From positions 4,768,001 to 4,832,000 of the forward strand of contig OZ219926.1 in assembly GCA_964291405.2 (NCBI GenBank): a stretch of 64,000 nt of DNA, read 5' to 3'. A program made the position numbers and the translations under genes. Positions 30,558 through 39,834 of the stretch are shown here, piece by piece. Position 1 is the stretch's first letter. Each line of letters opens with the position of its first letter. The DNA comes from Thermodesulfobacteriota bacterium. GTDB lineage: Bacteria; Desulfobacterota; Binatia; Bin18. The notes under the pieces are model-generated. The model was not told the origin of the DNA and ran no database searches. It saw nothing but the letters and a program-made list of their open reading frames with translations.

Positions 30558-31307
30558 GTGAAACACTACGACGCTGTGCTGTTTGACCTCTTTGGGACTA
30601 TTGCGCTGTTTAATCCGGGGAAATTGCCGGTTTTTGAGTGGAAGGGACAGACCACACGCTCGACCATGGGCCAGCTGCGCGATGTGGTGACGGAAGTGGT
30701 TCCGGCCCTGCCTTTTGAACAGTTTCATCAGGCCCTGGGCGAAGTGAACCAGGAACTCGGCGCCATCCGCTCCACACAAATGCGTGAAATCAGCTCTGCG
30801 GAGCGATTTCGTCGCACCCTGGTCCACGCCGGCCTGGACGACACCCCTGAAACTGCTCGTTTAGGAGCCTCCCTGTCTTTGGCCCATATGGACCTGCTCG
30901 CCGCCGCGACCGAAGTCCCTCCCGCTCATACCCAGTTCGTGGTTCGCGTAAGTGAACGCTACCCGACCGCGCTTGTCTCAAATTTCGATCATGCTCCAAC
31001 CGCGAGACGAGTCATCCAAAAAGGTCGGGTCGCCGACTGCTTTCGCTGTACGGTCATCTCGGCAGAACACGGCTGGCGCAAACCCCACCAAAAGATTTTT
31101 CATGACACGCTCACCCAGTTGCAGGTTGCGCCCCAATCCGCCCTGTTTGTTGGTGATTCTCCGCATGATGATGTGACCGGTGCCCAACAAGCGGGGATGG
31201 ATATCGCCTGGGTCAACGCCTCCGGGGCTGAGTTGCCTGCGCACTGTCCGCGCCCCCAGTATACGATTCGGGCTATCCCGGAGTTGGCGTCGCTGCTGTT
31301 TCCCTAG
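30558..31307 (+). CDS. HAD-superfamily hydrolase
   Basis: FDLFGT, SNFD, RKPH and VGDS..DD. Confidence 0.85.
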   Translation: MKHYDAVLFDLFGTIALFNPGKLPVFEWKGQTTRSTMGQLRDVVTEVVPALPFEQFHQALGEVNQELGAIRSTQMREISSAERFRRTLVHAGLDDTPETARLGASLSLAHMDLLAAATEVPPAHTQFVVRVSERYPTALVSNFDHAPTARRVIQKGRVADCFRCTVISAEHGWRKPHQKIFHDTLTQLQVAPQSALFVGDSPHDDVTGAQQAGMDIAWVNASGAELPAHCPRPQYTIRAIPELASLLFP

Positions 31308-31359
31308 GCGTTGGTTTTCATAAGAGTTGTGCGCGTACGAACAGCGGGACGGCCACCTA

Positions 31360-31413
31360 AAAGAGGAAACGTATCCAGCATCTGATATCTATAGGAGGAC
31401 CCGTTTCCTCTTT
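31360..31413. repeat. Palindromic REP/MITE-like element, copy A
   Basis: aaagaggaaacgtatcc...ggacccgtttcctcttt; similar to the copies at 31867 and 56004. Confidence 0.75.
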
Positions 31414-31875
31414 ATGCCACGTAAGATTCAAATTGCCGTTATTGGTGATAGTCAGCCTTCGGCAGAAGTCGCCGGCTGGGCAGAGGAGGTTGGCCGGCTG
31501 ATTGCTCAGCACGACGCCGTCGTGGTGTGTGGCGGACTCGGCGGTGTGATGGCCGCGGCCGCACGGGGCGCGGCGCAAAATAATGGAACCAGTGTCGGTA
31601 TTCTCCCCACATATGAGGCGACTACCGCCGCGCCTGGCATTTCGATTGCCATCCCCAGCGGGCTCGGGCACGCCCGCAATATGCTGGTGGTGGCCTCGGG
31701 GGATGCAGTGATTGCTCTGCCTGGCGCGACTGGAACGCTGTCCGAAATCGCACTGGCGCTGACGCTGGGCAAAACCGTGACTGCCATACGGGCCTGGTCC
31801 CATATTCAAGGTGTGTCCGTCGTACAGACTCCCCAAGAGGCCGTGCAACAGGCGTTACGCGCCGCCAAAGAGTAA
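31414..31875 (+). CDS. LOG family (TIGR00725-like) Rossmann-fold protein
   Basis: CGGLGGVM.AAARGA, GILP, ARN and GTLSEIALAL. Confidence 0.85.
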   Translation: MPRKIQIAVIGDSQPSAEVAGWAEEVGRLIAQHDAVVVCGGLGGVMAAAARGAAQNNGTSVGILPTYEATTAAPGISIAIPSGLGHARNMLVVASGDAVIALPGATGTLSEIALALTLGKTVTAIRAWSHIQGVSVVQTPQEAVQQALRAAKE

Positions 31876-31922
31876 ACGTGTCCAGCACTCATATCTATTA
31901 TTGGAGGACCCGTTTACTCTTT
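31867..31922. repeat. Palindromic REP/MITE-like element, copy B
   Basis: aaagagtaaacgtgtcc...ggacccgtttactcttt. Confidence 0.8.
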
Positions 31923-32016
31923 CAGGAAAAGGTCTCAAGTGGTGGAAATTGAGAAACGGTCGCGGACATCCTATAAAAGAGCTGCCCGGAATATGTGAGG
32001 AGAGAAAGGAGAGCGC

Positions 32017-32289
32017 ATGCCGCCTAAGGATTCTCGTTCTGCGGATGAGACAGCCGTCGTCATGAAACGGGTTGATAAATTTCTTCGGCTTCTGACCTTT
32101 CAACTCTTTTTTATCATTGCCCTTTTGGTCTATCTCGCCTACCGTCCGCAGGCCGGACGGTATCAGGTCATCTCTGCGCAAGCGGTCATGGAGGGCACTG
32201 TTATTTTTTTTGATACGATTACAGGACAGGCTGGTGGAACGTCGGTTGAGGTCCGTGATCGGGGCGATGCTCCCGTGCCTCTCGACTAA
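32017..32289 (+). CDS. Small hypothetical single-pass membrane protein
   Basis: RBS AAGGAG; hydrophobic segment followed by GRYQ...DTITG. Confidence 0.55.
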   Translation: MPPKDSRSADETAVVMKRVDKFLRLLTFQLFFIIALLVYLAYRPQAGRYQVISAQAVMEGTVIFFDTITGQAGGTSVEVRDRGDAPVPLD

Positions 32290-32343
32290 GACGGGAGCAC
32301 CCTCGCATCATCGGTCCCGTCCGGCCAGGCAAAGGAAAAACGT

Positions 32344-33306
32344 ATGCATCCATTAGGTATTGTCCTCTCGACGGCAACCGCCGCCCCCCCACAGGAGTTT
32401 GTTGAAATCGGCCAGATTGCCGAAGACAAGGGCTTTGCCGCTGTTTTTGTCAACGAAGGTCGGGGGGACGCCCTGGCGTGTGCCGAAGCCATTGCGTTGG
32501 GAACGTCTCGCATCAAGGTGGGAACGAATATCGCCAATATCTATTTCCGCCATCCGTTTTTGGCCGGCATGACCGCCACCACTATTTCGGAGCTCTCGCA
32601 GGGGCGGATGATCCTCGGATTGGGCATGAGCCACCGCCCGCTGCTCGAATCCCTGGGTATCACCATGGAGCAGCCGCGGCAGTATATGCGCTCATATGTG
32701 ACGGCGCTGAATACCCTGTTTCGCGGGGAGTCGCTGAGTACCTTTCACCGTCCGCAAAAGAGCAACTATCCCATACCTGTCTATGTCGGGGCGGTGACTG
32801 CCGAAAGCGCCGAAATCGGCGGCGAGCTGGCCGATGGGATTATGCCGTTTCTGCCGGCCTTGCCCTATTTGACGCAGCTTGTCGAGGCGGCCCAAACTGC
32901 GGCGCAGCGCGTGGGGCGCGACCCGAACCAGGTGGGATGTATTGTGAGTATCCCGACGTTTATTTCAGATGACGTTGAGCAGGCCCGCTCCGCGGCACGC
33001 TACAATCTGGCGTTTTTCGGGAATCTGCCTTTCTATCGCAAACAATGGCGACGCTGTGGCTTTCGGGCCGAAGTCACCGCCATGCAAGAGGCCTGGAAAA
33101 GCGGCAACCGCCGCGCCGCGGCTGCCTGTGTGTCCGAACAAATGGTCGATCAGGTCTGCGTGTTTGGTCCCCCCAGCCAGTGTCGCGAGCAGCTTGCGGC
33201 TTTCCACGAAGCCGGGGCGGCCATGCCGGTCCTGGCCGTCAGCCCGGTGAACGAAGACCGCTTGGTCGCAACCCGGAAAGCGCTCGACCTGCTGGCTCCA
33301 GGATAA
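32344..33306 (+). CDS. LLM-class flavin/F420-dependent oxidoreductase
   Basis: RIKVGTNI, GRMILGLG.SH and GELADG. Confidence 0.87.
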   Translation: MHPLGIVLSTATAAPPQEFVEIGQIAEDKGFAAVFVNEGRGDALACAEAIALGTSRIKVGTNIANIYFRHPFLAGMTATTISELSQGRMILGLGMSHRPLLESLGITMEQPRQYMRSYVTALNTLFRGESLSTFHRPQKSNYPIPVYVGAVTAESAEIGGELADGIMPFLPALPYLTQLVEAAQTAAQRVGRDPNQVGCIVSIPTFISDDVEQARSAARYNLAFFGNLPFYRKQWRRCGFRAEVTAMQEAWKSGNRRAAAACVSEQMVDQVCVFGPPSQCREQLAAFHEAGAAMPVLAVSPVNEDRLVATRKALDLLAPG

Positions 33307-33467
33307 GGGCCGTCCGGGTCCATGCGGTCCGGCCCTTGTCTCGCTTCCTCATCATATATAATCAAAACTACTGCAATTTTCACAAAGAATTCATATTGCT
33401 TATATTGCTGAATGAATGTTCAGACTTTATAGTGCTGCAACACCGATGTTGGGGTAGGGTGGTATTC

Positions 33468-34826
33468 ATGTCCTGTAGCCGTATAGCCTGTTGTCTCGTG
33501 TTCCTGATCTGTACTGTCCTCGTATGCCTCTCTCCGGCACTCGGAGCCGACCCACCGACCCAACCGACCCAATCGACTCAACCGACCCAGCGAACCTGGA
33601 AAACAGTCGAAGAGATGTCAGAAGAAGAGTTGGCCCAGGTCCAACTCGAGGGTGATACGCCACGCCATGCCCAGGTTCCGTATCTTCCAGCCGAATCCTA
33701 TCCGTTCGTCCCGCCGTATACGGCTGAGGAAATGGGCTACCGCGCCATGGAGTTTACGCCGCGTACGCGCTGGTCGTCAGTCGTGGCCAACTCCTGGGCG
33801 TCTATTGCGCCGCAAGGGGTGCTCCTTAACCCCGGCACCTCCATCACCTTTGTCAATTATGATTCCAAAACAAGCGGGGTACGCAAAGTCCTGTCTGCCG
33901 CCCCCGGTGAAGAGATCTATCGTTCGTTGAGTCAGGCCATTGCCCCGCCCGCCGCCGAAGGCGGCCAGTGGCTGGCGATCCGGTATCGGACGGACAAGGA
34001 AGAGATTACCAAGGAGGAGCGCTTCGCCTACTCGTCTTCTATTCGACGGGTGCGCCACCAGGCCCCGTTCCGTCGCCAGAGCAATTTCCCCAATATGGCG
34101 CTCACCCCGGACGATGCGTGGGGGCGGGACGCCTGGGAGTTTTCCTGGCGGCTGATCGGCACGGACGTGCTGTACCGGACCGTTCGCTTTCCGAACACGC
34201 GCCCGAACGTGATTCTGCGGAACGGTGAAACCGGACAGTCTCAGACCGTACAGACCGCGAACATCAAGCTGATGGGTGAGGTCTTTCCGCACTATACGCT
34301 GGACGGCGGGGTTGAATGCTATGTAGTTGAGGCGGTAGCACGAGAAGAGTGGTTGCCCGACTATTACATGCCCCGTTTTCTCTATTGGCTGGAGAAATCC
34401 TCATTCTACCCGCTGCGCGGCGAGCAATACGGACCGGACGGGGAGCTTGACCATATTGAGGTGAGGCTGGCCGAGTTTTTCAATCCTGCACTCGAAGAGC
34501 TGGGCTATGGCACGCTGTTTATTTCCCACTGGGACCTGCGGACGGACATTATGTCCTATCTGGTGAATGACAGCCACAGGATCATGGAGTGGAAACCGGA
34601 AGAATCCACCGTCTTTTTCAGTCCGGACTTTATGCGTCGCCAGTGGTATCTCGATACCTCCATCAAGACCCAGGCGGCCGTCTCTCACCCAGACGAGTAC
34701 TTCATGCGTCCGGCCGTCGAGGCTGACAAATTTCCGAACGAGCGTCCGATCAGTCTGCCGCCTGAAATGGCCGCCCGGATTGAGGCCCAGAACGCCGCAG
34801 GGCGTTTAGTCTTTGACGGCACCTGA
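33468..34826 (+). CDS. DUF1329 / lipoprotein-sorting-like secreted protein
   Basis: Signal peptide; F.Y..SIRRVR, T.DD..G and CYVVEA motifs. Confidence 0.65.
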   Translation: MSCSRIACCLVFLICTVLVCLSPALGADPPTQPTQSTQPTQRTWKTVEEMSEEELAQVQLEGDTPRHAQVPYLPAESYPFVPPYTAEEMGYRAMEFTPRTRWSSVVANSWASIAPQGVLLNPGTSITFVNYDSKTSGVRKVLSAAPGEEIYRSLSQAIAPPAAEGGQWLAIRYRTDKEEITKEERFAYSSSIRRVRHQAPFRRQSNFPNMALTPDDAWGRDAWEFSWRLIGTDVLYRTVRFPNTRPNVILRNGETGQSQTVQTANIKLMGEVFPHYTLDGGVECYVVEAVAREEWLPDYYMPRFLYWLEKSSFYPLRGEQYGPDGELDHIEVRLAEFFNPALEELGYGTLFISHWDLRTDIMSYLVNDSHRIMEWKPEESTVFFSPDFMRRQWYLDTSIKTQAAVSHPDEYFMRPAVEADKFPNERPISLPPEMAARIEAQNAAGRLVFDGT

Positions 34827-34886
34827 ACCAATTCCCTCTCCCCCTCTTTCCTTGCCCCTGTGCTCCGCATGGGATAGGCAGCGTAT

Positions 34887-35441
34887 ATGCGCGTGCGCTA
34901 CGGCATGGTCCATGGTCGTTTTCAGCCCTTTCATACCGGCCATTTGCACTACACCCTGGAGGCGCTCAACCGTAGTGAGCATCTGATTATTGGCATCACC
35001 AATCCTGACCCATCCGAAATGCAGGTAGAAGTCGCAGATACGCAGCGGCATACACTGGAGGCTAATCCCTTTACCTTTTTTGAGCGGCAGTGGATGATTC
35101 GGGCTGCCCTGGTCGAGGCAGCGATTGATCTGAGTCGTGTCTCTATCGTGCCCTTTCCGATTCATGCGCCCGGGCGTTGGGCGTATTATTGCCCCAAGGA
35201 GACCGTGCAGTTTATCCGTGTATTCTCGGAGTGGGGCAGGGAGAAAGTCGCCCGCCTCCAAGCAGCCGGGTGGCAGGTCGAAATCCTTGATCCCGGCGCG
35301 ACCAAGCAGGAGAGCGGCAGTACGGTCCGCCGCTGCTTAAGCCAAGGACGAGGCTGGGAACAATTCGTACCGCGCGGCGTGGGCGCAGTCCTGAAGCAGA
35401 TTGGGGCTCACGAGCGGCTGGTTCGCTGCGCGCTCTCGTAA
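34887..35441 (+). CDS. HxGH cytidylyltransferase-like nucleotidyltransferase (NadM-like)
   Basis: HGRFQPFHTGH, NPFTFFER and SGSTVR. Confidence 0.82.
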   Translation: MRVRYGMVHGRFQPFHTGHLHYTLEALNRSEHLIIGITNPDPSEMQVEVADTQRHTLEANPFTFFERQWMIRAALVEAAIDLSRVSIVPFPIHAPGRWAYYCPKETVQFIRVFSEWGREKVARLQAAGWQVEILDPGATKQESGSTVRRCLSQGRGWEQFVPRGVGAVLKQIGAHERLVRCALS

Positions 35442-35450
35442 GCTCTGCCC

Positions 35451-36785
35451 ATGCCCTCCTTACCTATTCTTTTCATCATTCTTGACGGGCTGGCCGACCG
35501 GCCCCAGCCTGTCCTGAATGGACAAACTCCGCTTGAGGCGGCCCATACACCACATCTGGATCAACTGGCTGCCCTCGGTACTACGGGTTTGCTCACACCG
35601 CTCGCGCCTGGTGTTCCCCTGGAGAGCGAAACCGCCCACTTCATTCTGTTTGGCTATGGGTTGGAGCAATTCCCTGGCCGGGCCGCGTTTGAGGCTATTG
35701 GCCGGGGATTTGAGGTGCCGCATGAGTCTGTCGTGCTGCTGGCAAGTTTTGCCGAGACAACGGTCATCGAGGGCAAGCTGCGTCGGGATGCTCTCTTGTG
35801 GGAAAAACGGCAAACCCAGGATGAGGAGGAGTGTGCCCGGCTGTGTGCAGCCATTGCCGCGTACGAAACACACGGTCTGCAATTTGCCTTGACCTCCTGC
35901 GGGCGCTGTGAAGCTATACTGACGTTGCGCGGCCATCCGAGCCGGGACATTACCGATGTCGATCCATTCTATAACAACGCCTATGCTGTGCAGGCTCAGC
36001 CCCTGGCGGAATCCTCACACCCGCAGGATGCCGCGCGCACCGCGGAGGCGCTGAACGCCTATCTCAGCTGGGCGCATTACCAACTCAGCCAGCATCCGCT
36101 CAACCGGAAACGCCAGGCGCGTGGTTGTGCCAGTATCAATTTTGTCCTCACCAAGTGGGCTGCGGTGCGACCCGATGTCGCGCCGTTTCAGGAGCAGAAC
36201 GGTCTGCGCGCAGCCAGTATTGAGAACTCTCCGTTGTATGTCGGGATTGCCCGCGTGTGTGGTATGACGCCGGTCTCCACCCCGCGGGAGACCGATACGA
36301 CCGCGGACTTCATACAGAAACTACGCACTGCGGACTCTCTCTTCGCTCAAGGATATGAGTTCGTGCATGTCCATTCCAAGGCTCCGGACGTGGCCGCCCA
36401 TCACAAAGACCCGCTGGGTAAAATGCAAGCCACTGAGGCGCTCGATGTCGCGCTCGGGTCAGTTGTTGAGCGAGTCACCAATCAATCCGACTTCATCGTT
36501 GTGGTAACCGGCGACCACGCCACGCCGAGCAGTGGGCCGCTCATCCATTCGGGCGAAGCCGTGCCCATCCTGCTTGCCGGTGGACCCAACGTCTTGTCCG
36601 ACCCGGTGACTAGGTTTCACGAACGGGCGGTGATCCGCGGCGGGCTCGGTCATATCCGCGGGGCGGATGTTCTGCCGCTGCTGCTCAATACGACCGACCG
36701 TATCCGCTTGCACGGCGTCCGGCACCAGGCCGCAGCCCGGCCGTATTGGCAGGGGCGGCCCGAACCGTTTCGGCTGAAGGGGTGA
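35451..36785 (+). CDS. ApgM-like cofactor-independent phosphoglycerate mutase (alkaline phosphatase superfamily)
   Basis: ILDGLADR, TPLEAA.TP.LD, SETAH, H.K.PD.AAH, TGDHATP and HSGE.VP. Confidence 0.82.
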   Translation: MPSLPILFIILDGLADRPQPVLNGQTPLEAAHTPHLDQLAALGTTGLLTPLAPGVPLESETAHFILFGYGLEQFPGRAAFEAIGRGFEVPHESVVLLASFAETTVIEGKLRRDALLWEKRQTQDEEECARLCAAIAAYETHGLQFALTSCGRCEAILTLRGHPSRDITDVDPFYNNAYAVQAQPLAESSHPQDAARTAEALNAYLSWAHYQLSQHPLNRKRQARGCASINFVLTKWAAVRPDVAPFQEQNGLRAASIENSPLYVGIARVCGMTPVSTPRETDTTADFIQKLRTADSLFAQGYEFVHVHSKAPDVAAHHKDPLGKMQATEALDVALGSVVERVTNQSDFIVVVTGDHATPSSGPLIHSGEAVPILLAGGPNVLSDPVTRFHERAVIRGGLGHIRGADVLPLLLNTTDRIRLHGVRHQAAARPYWQGRPEPFRLKG

Positions 36786-36864
36786 CCACGCGCCTCAGAC
36801 AACAAAATCGGACATAATCTTCTAAACAGGCCAATTTAATGCCCTGCGAGTCGTACTTCCCTTC

Positions 36865-37807
36865 GGTCTATCCCCGCGTGTACGGGGGAACCATCGAAGT
36901 GGTCATGGCGCGGAGGCTGTGGACCGGTCTATCCCCGCGTGTACGGGGGAACCACTTGCCAGAAATTCGATCGAGAGCTTCCAATCGGTCTATCCCCGCG
37001 TGTACGGGGGAACCCCGGCTCCGGGCGGCGACGAGATCAAGCAGAGCGGTCTATCCCCGCGTGTACGGGGGAACCCCGGCTCCGGGCGGCGACGAGATCA
37101 AGCAGAGCGGTCTATCCCCGCGTGTACGGGGGAACCTATGTACCGTCGGCAGCAGGCGCTGGAACGGCGGGTCTATCCCCGCGTGTACGGGGGAACCAGT
37201 TTTACGCTGATAGGCGAGACCATGCATGGAGGTCTATCCCCGCGTGTACGGGGGAACCTTCTACTGGCTCTCATTTTTACTGCGTTGTATGGGTCTATCC
37301 CCGCGTGTACGGGGGAACCGACTTCGACCCCCCAGACTTCGACAGTGGCGACGGTCTATCCCCGCGTGTACGGGGGAACCTGGCTGTATCGTTTGATTCC
37401 ATCCCGAATGATGGGTCTATCCCCGCGTGTACGGGGGAACCCCCGATATAGTAAGTGTCAGAACCGACAGTGAGGGTCTATCCCCGCGTGTACGGGGGAA
37501 CCTCGGTTTCGTCGAGTGGGGAGCGGACGGGACGGGGTCTATCCCCGCGTGTACGGGGGAACCCTGGTCTGACCCACGGGGAGGGCGGATATGCCGGGTC
37601 TATCCCCGCGTGTACGGGGGAACCACACATAGCAGATTCCCTAGGTTATTGTAAATCGGTCTATCCCCGCGTGTACGGGGGAACCATATACGCCGGGTCT
37701 ACCGGCGGGGGGGTATGGGGTCTATCCCCGCGTGTACGGGGGAACCCGGCCGGTGCATTTTCAGGAGGCGATGGTGACGGGTCTATCCCCGCGTGTACGG
37801 GGGAACC
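36865..37807 (-). CRISPR. Type I-E CRISPR array: 16 identical 28-bp repeats (GGTTCCCCCGTACACGCGGGGATAGACC on the minus strand) and 15 spacers of 33 bp
   Basis: Repeats start every 61 bp from 36865 to 37780. Orientation is inferred from the I-E-like 3' end (ATAGACC) and the position of cas2. Confidence 0.97.
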
Positions 37808-37888
37808 TCTACTGAGTTTATTAGACTTTTTGCCGCCATGAGTCTATTCCCCGGCGTGTAGAGGGACGCCGTTCAAGTTGTCAAAGAG
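37808..37888 (-). promoter_or_regulatory. Putative CRISPR leader containing a degenerate repeat copy (37841-37870)
   Basis: Lies between the cas2 stop and the first repeat; starts CTCTTTGACAA and ends in an AT-rich stretch then TAGA. Confidence 0.6.
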
Positions 37889-38194
37889 CTATTTGTCCTG
37901 CGTTTGGCGGGTTCGCCGCGATAAGATGAGGCCCTCTTGGTCCACCAACTCGACCGGTGGCGACCCCAGGACTCGCACGCCTTGCCCTCCCGGCTCACGT
38001 GGGTCCTGCCACGTCATGACAATAGATTGGCCTCCCAACTCCAGAAACCATTCCTCTATCACTGTCCAGACCCGCTCTCTGACACTACGAGAAAGCCTCG
38101 GAGCAGTGTACACTCCAGGGGCAATCTCAATCATGCAGGAGGCCAGAAACCCACGAGTGCGTGGAGCAACGTCACGTGTCACGACTACTGTCAT
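37889..38194 (-). CDS. cas2: Type I-E Cas2
   Basis: MTVVVTRDV..R.RGFLAS.M.EIAPGVY...RERVW. Confidence 0.92.
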   Translation of the reverse strand: MTVVVTRDVAPRTRGFLASCMIEIAPGVYTAPRLSRSVRERVWTVIEEWFLELGGQSIVMTWQDPREPGGQGVRVLGSPPVELVDQEGLILSRRTRQTQDK

Positions 38195-39053
38195 CGTCGT
38201 CTACCAATTTTATTATGCGATCAATCATCTTCGAGATGATCTTCATCTCTCTGAAACGGCGTCCCGCCAACCGCCGGACATGCCGTTCGAGCGGTATCTG
38301 TCCATTTTTGTAATGCTGGTTCACTGCCTCAAAGGCGACCGGGATGGTCACTTCGGTCCGGTAGAGATCTGCAATATCCAGACAAAAGGCAATAGCCGCA
38401 TCCTCGTGAATAAATCCCAGAGGAGGCAGCGTTCCGGTGGCAGCCACGGCAACGATGGCCGCAGCTTCGATTGCCGTGGCCGCGTGGTTAATGGCCTGGT
38501 TCGGAGCGTCAGCAATATCAGGGTTCTGCCGATCATAGCGGCGTCCATGCCACTCAATGCCGTACTTCTGGGCCAACAGGCTGTAGGCGGTTTTCATCCG
38601 CGCCCCTTCAATGCCCCGCAGGATGGATATGTCCTGTTCGGGTAACACTTCGCCCAAACGCCAGGCGTACATACGTCGGGCGATACGGAGACGCAACCTG
38701 TTGTCATTCCAGAGTTTTGCCTGCCGGCGCGCCCTTCTCGAATCGTTCGGGCCAAAGGGTTGGGCGCTATACATCCGCACCCCGTCCTCCCCAACGGCTA
38801 CAAGGCCGGTCCCGTGGCGGGCGAGAAGCCGGAACACGTCGTGACTCACGGTTGAGCCCGGTCCCAGCAGGATGAACGAGATATTCTGAAACGGAATGGC
38901 GTAATCGCCGGCAGCCATATCGGACGACCCGGCGGTCCGAAAATGCAGGGTGCCATCTTCCACGGTGAGATTCCCGCGTGCCAACCACAGCAGACCATGC
39001 CGGTCGGCGTGCGGAATCCGTGCGGCCTCAAGCCCTAATCGTCCTTTCAGCAC
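38172..39053 (-). CDS. cas1: Type I-E Cas1
   Basis: LGPG.TVSHD, LRGIEGARM, LGFIH and F.LDIADLY. Confidence 0.95.
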   Translation of the reverse strand: MLKGRLGLEAARIPHADRHGLLWLARGNLTVEDGTLHFRTAGSSDMAAGDYAIPFQNISFILLGPGSTVSHDVFRLLARHGTGLVAVGEDGVRMYSAQPFGPNDSRRARRQAKLWNDNRLRLRIARRMYAWRLGEVLPEQDISILRGIEGARMKTAYSLLAQKYGIEWHGRRYDRQNPDIADAPNQAINHAATAIEAAAIVAVAATGTLPPLGFIHEDAAIAFCLDIADLYRTEVTIPVAFEAVNQHYKNGQIPLERHVRRLAGRRFREMKIISKMIDRIIKLVDDDDSSRDT

Positions 39054-39081
39054 AGTGTCCCCTTCGTTCAGTTAGCCCGCC

Positions 39082-39834
39082 TCAGGCTGGCCGCAGCAGC
39101 AACATCCCGTAGCCGTAGGCGCGGTGCCGTCCGATGCCTTGGGCCAGTAAGGCAGTGAAGGCAGCGGCATCAGTAATGGTCAGGACGCCCTGCATGATCG
39201 CGTCCGGCCCTTCGCTGTGACGGGCGCGGAGCTTGCGCACGGCGCGGGTCCGCTGGAATGACCGTATTTCGGCAGACTCCAACCGCGCGCCATCTCGGCG
39301 GACGAACTGGTCGGCCAACCACTCGCGGTATACTTCTTCACGGCTGTAGGGCATCTCCTTCTTCGGATACTGCATTGCCTTCAGTTGAAAGGCGTCCCAT
39401 TCCCTGCCGGGTTGGCCTTCCGCATTGCGGCTGCGGCGCACGATAGGGCGAATCCGGGTCTCAAAGCCGAGTTGTTTGCCTGCCCGCCATTCCGTCGGCA
39501 TTGGTTTGCTGTTGATCGTGTGACCAGGAAGAATTTTTACCTGCAAGGGACAGGCGCATATATCAGCCGCTTCACGCAGAGCATCGGCCTCAGCGTGTCC
39601 ATAGCCGTATAATACGCCACACGTTGCGCCGCGCGGCACGATCAAGCGAAAGGGTTTGGGTGCCAGGTCGCCGAAGCATTCGGTGAGCAGACAGTGCATG
39701 GCGTGGTCCGTGTCCTGGAGGAGTCTGTCACCCATCCAGCGATGAAGGTCCCGTACCCTGACGTTGGCGCGAATCAGTTGAAGCGGAGCCGTGAGCGAAT
39801 CGGTTGACGTGGCAACATCCGTCATTTTATCCAT
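39082..39834 (-). CDS. cas6e: Cas6e/Cse3 crRNA-processing endoribonuclease
   Basis: C-terminal Gly-rich loop GIGRHRAYGYGMLLL. Confidence 0.92.
   Translation of the reverse strand: MDKMTDVATSTDSLTAPLQLIRANVRVRDLHRWMGDRLLQDTDHAMHCLLTECFGDLAPKPFRLIVPRGATCGVLYGYGHAEADALREAADICACPLQVKILPGHTINSKPMPTEWRAGKQLGFETRIRPIVRRSRNAEGQPGREWDAFQLKAMQYPKKEMPYSREEVYREWLADQFVRRDGARLESAEIRSFQRTRAVRKLRARHSEGPDAIMQGVLTITDAAAFTALLAQGIGRHRAYGYGMLLLRPA

Noticed and set aside
33045-33467. Upstream extension of the DUF1329-like ORF
   Set aside because: It overlaps the LLM gene and an AT-rich promoter-like region; the signal peptide begins at ATG 33468.
36893-37779. Self-targeting spacers
   Set aside because: No spacer match to this window was seen by eye; a full search was not possible.
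36839-37841. Several ORFs over the CRISPR array with repeated VYPRVYGG / GLSPRVRGN / SIPACTGE peptides
   Set aside because: These are translations of the CRISPR repeats, not genes.
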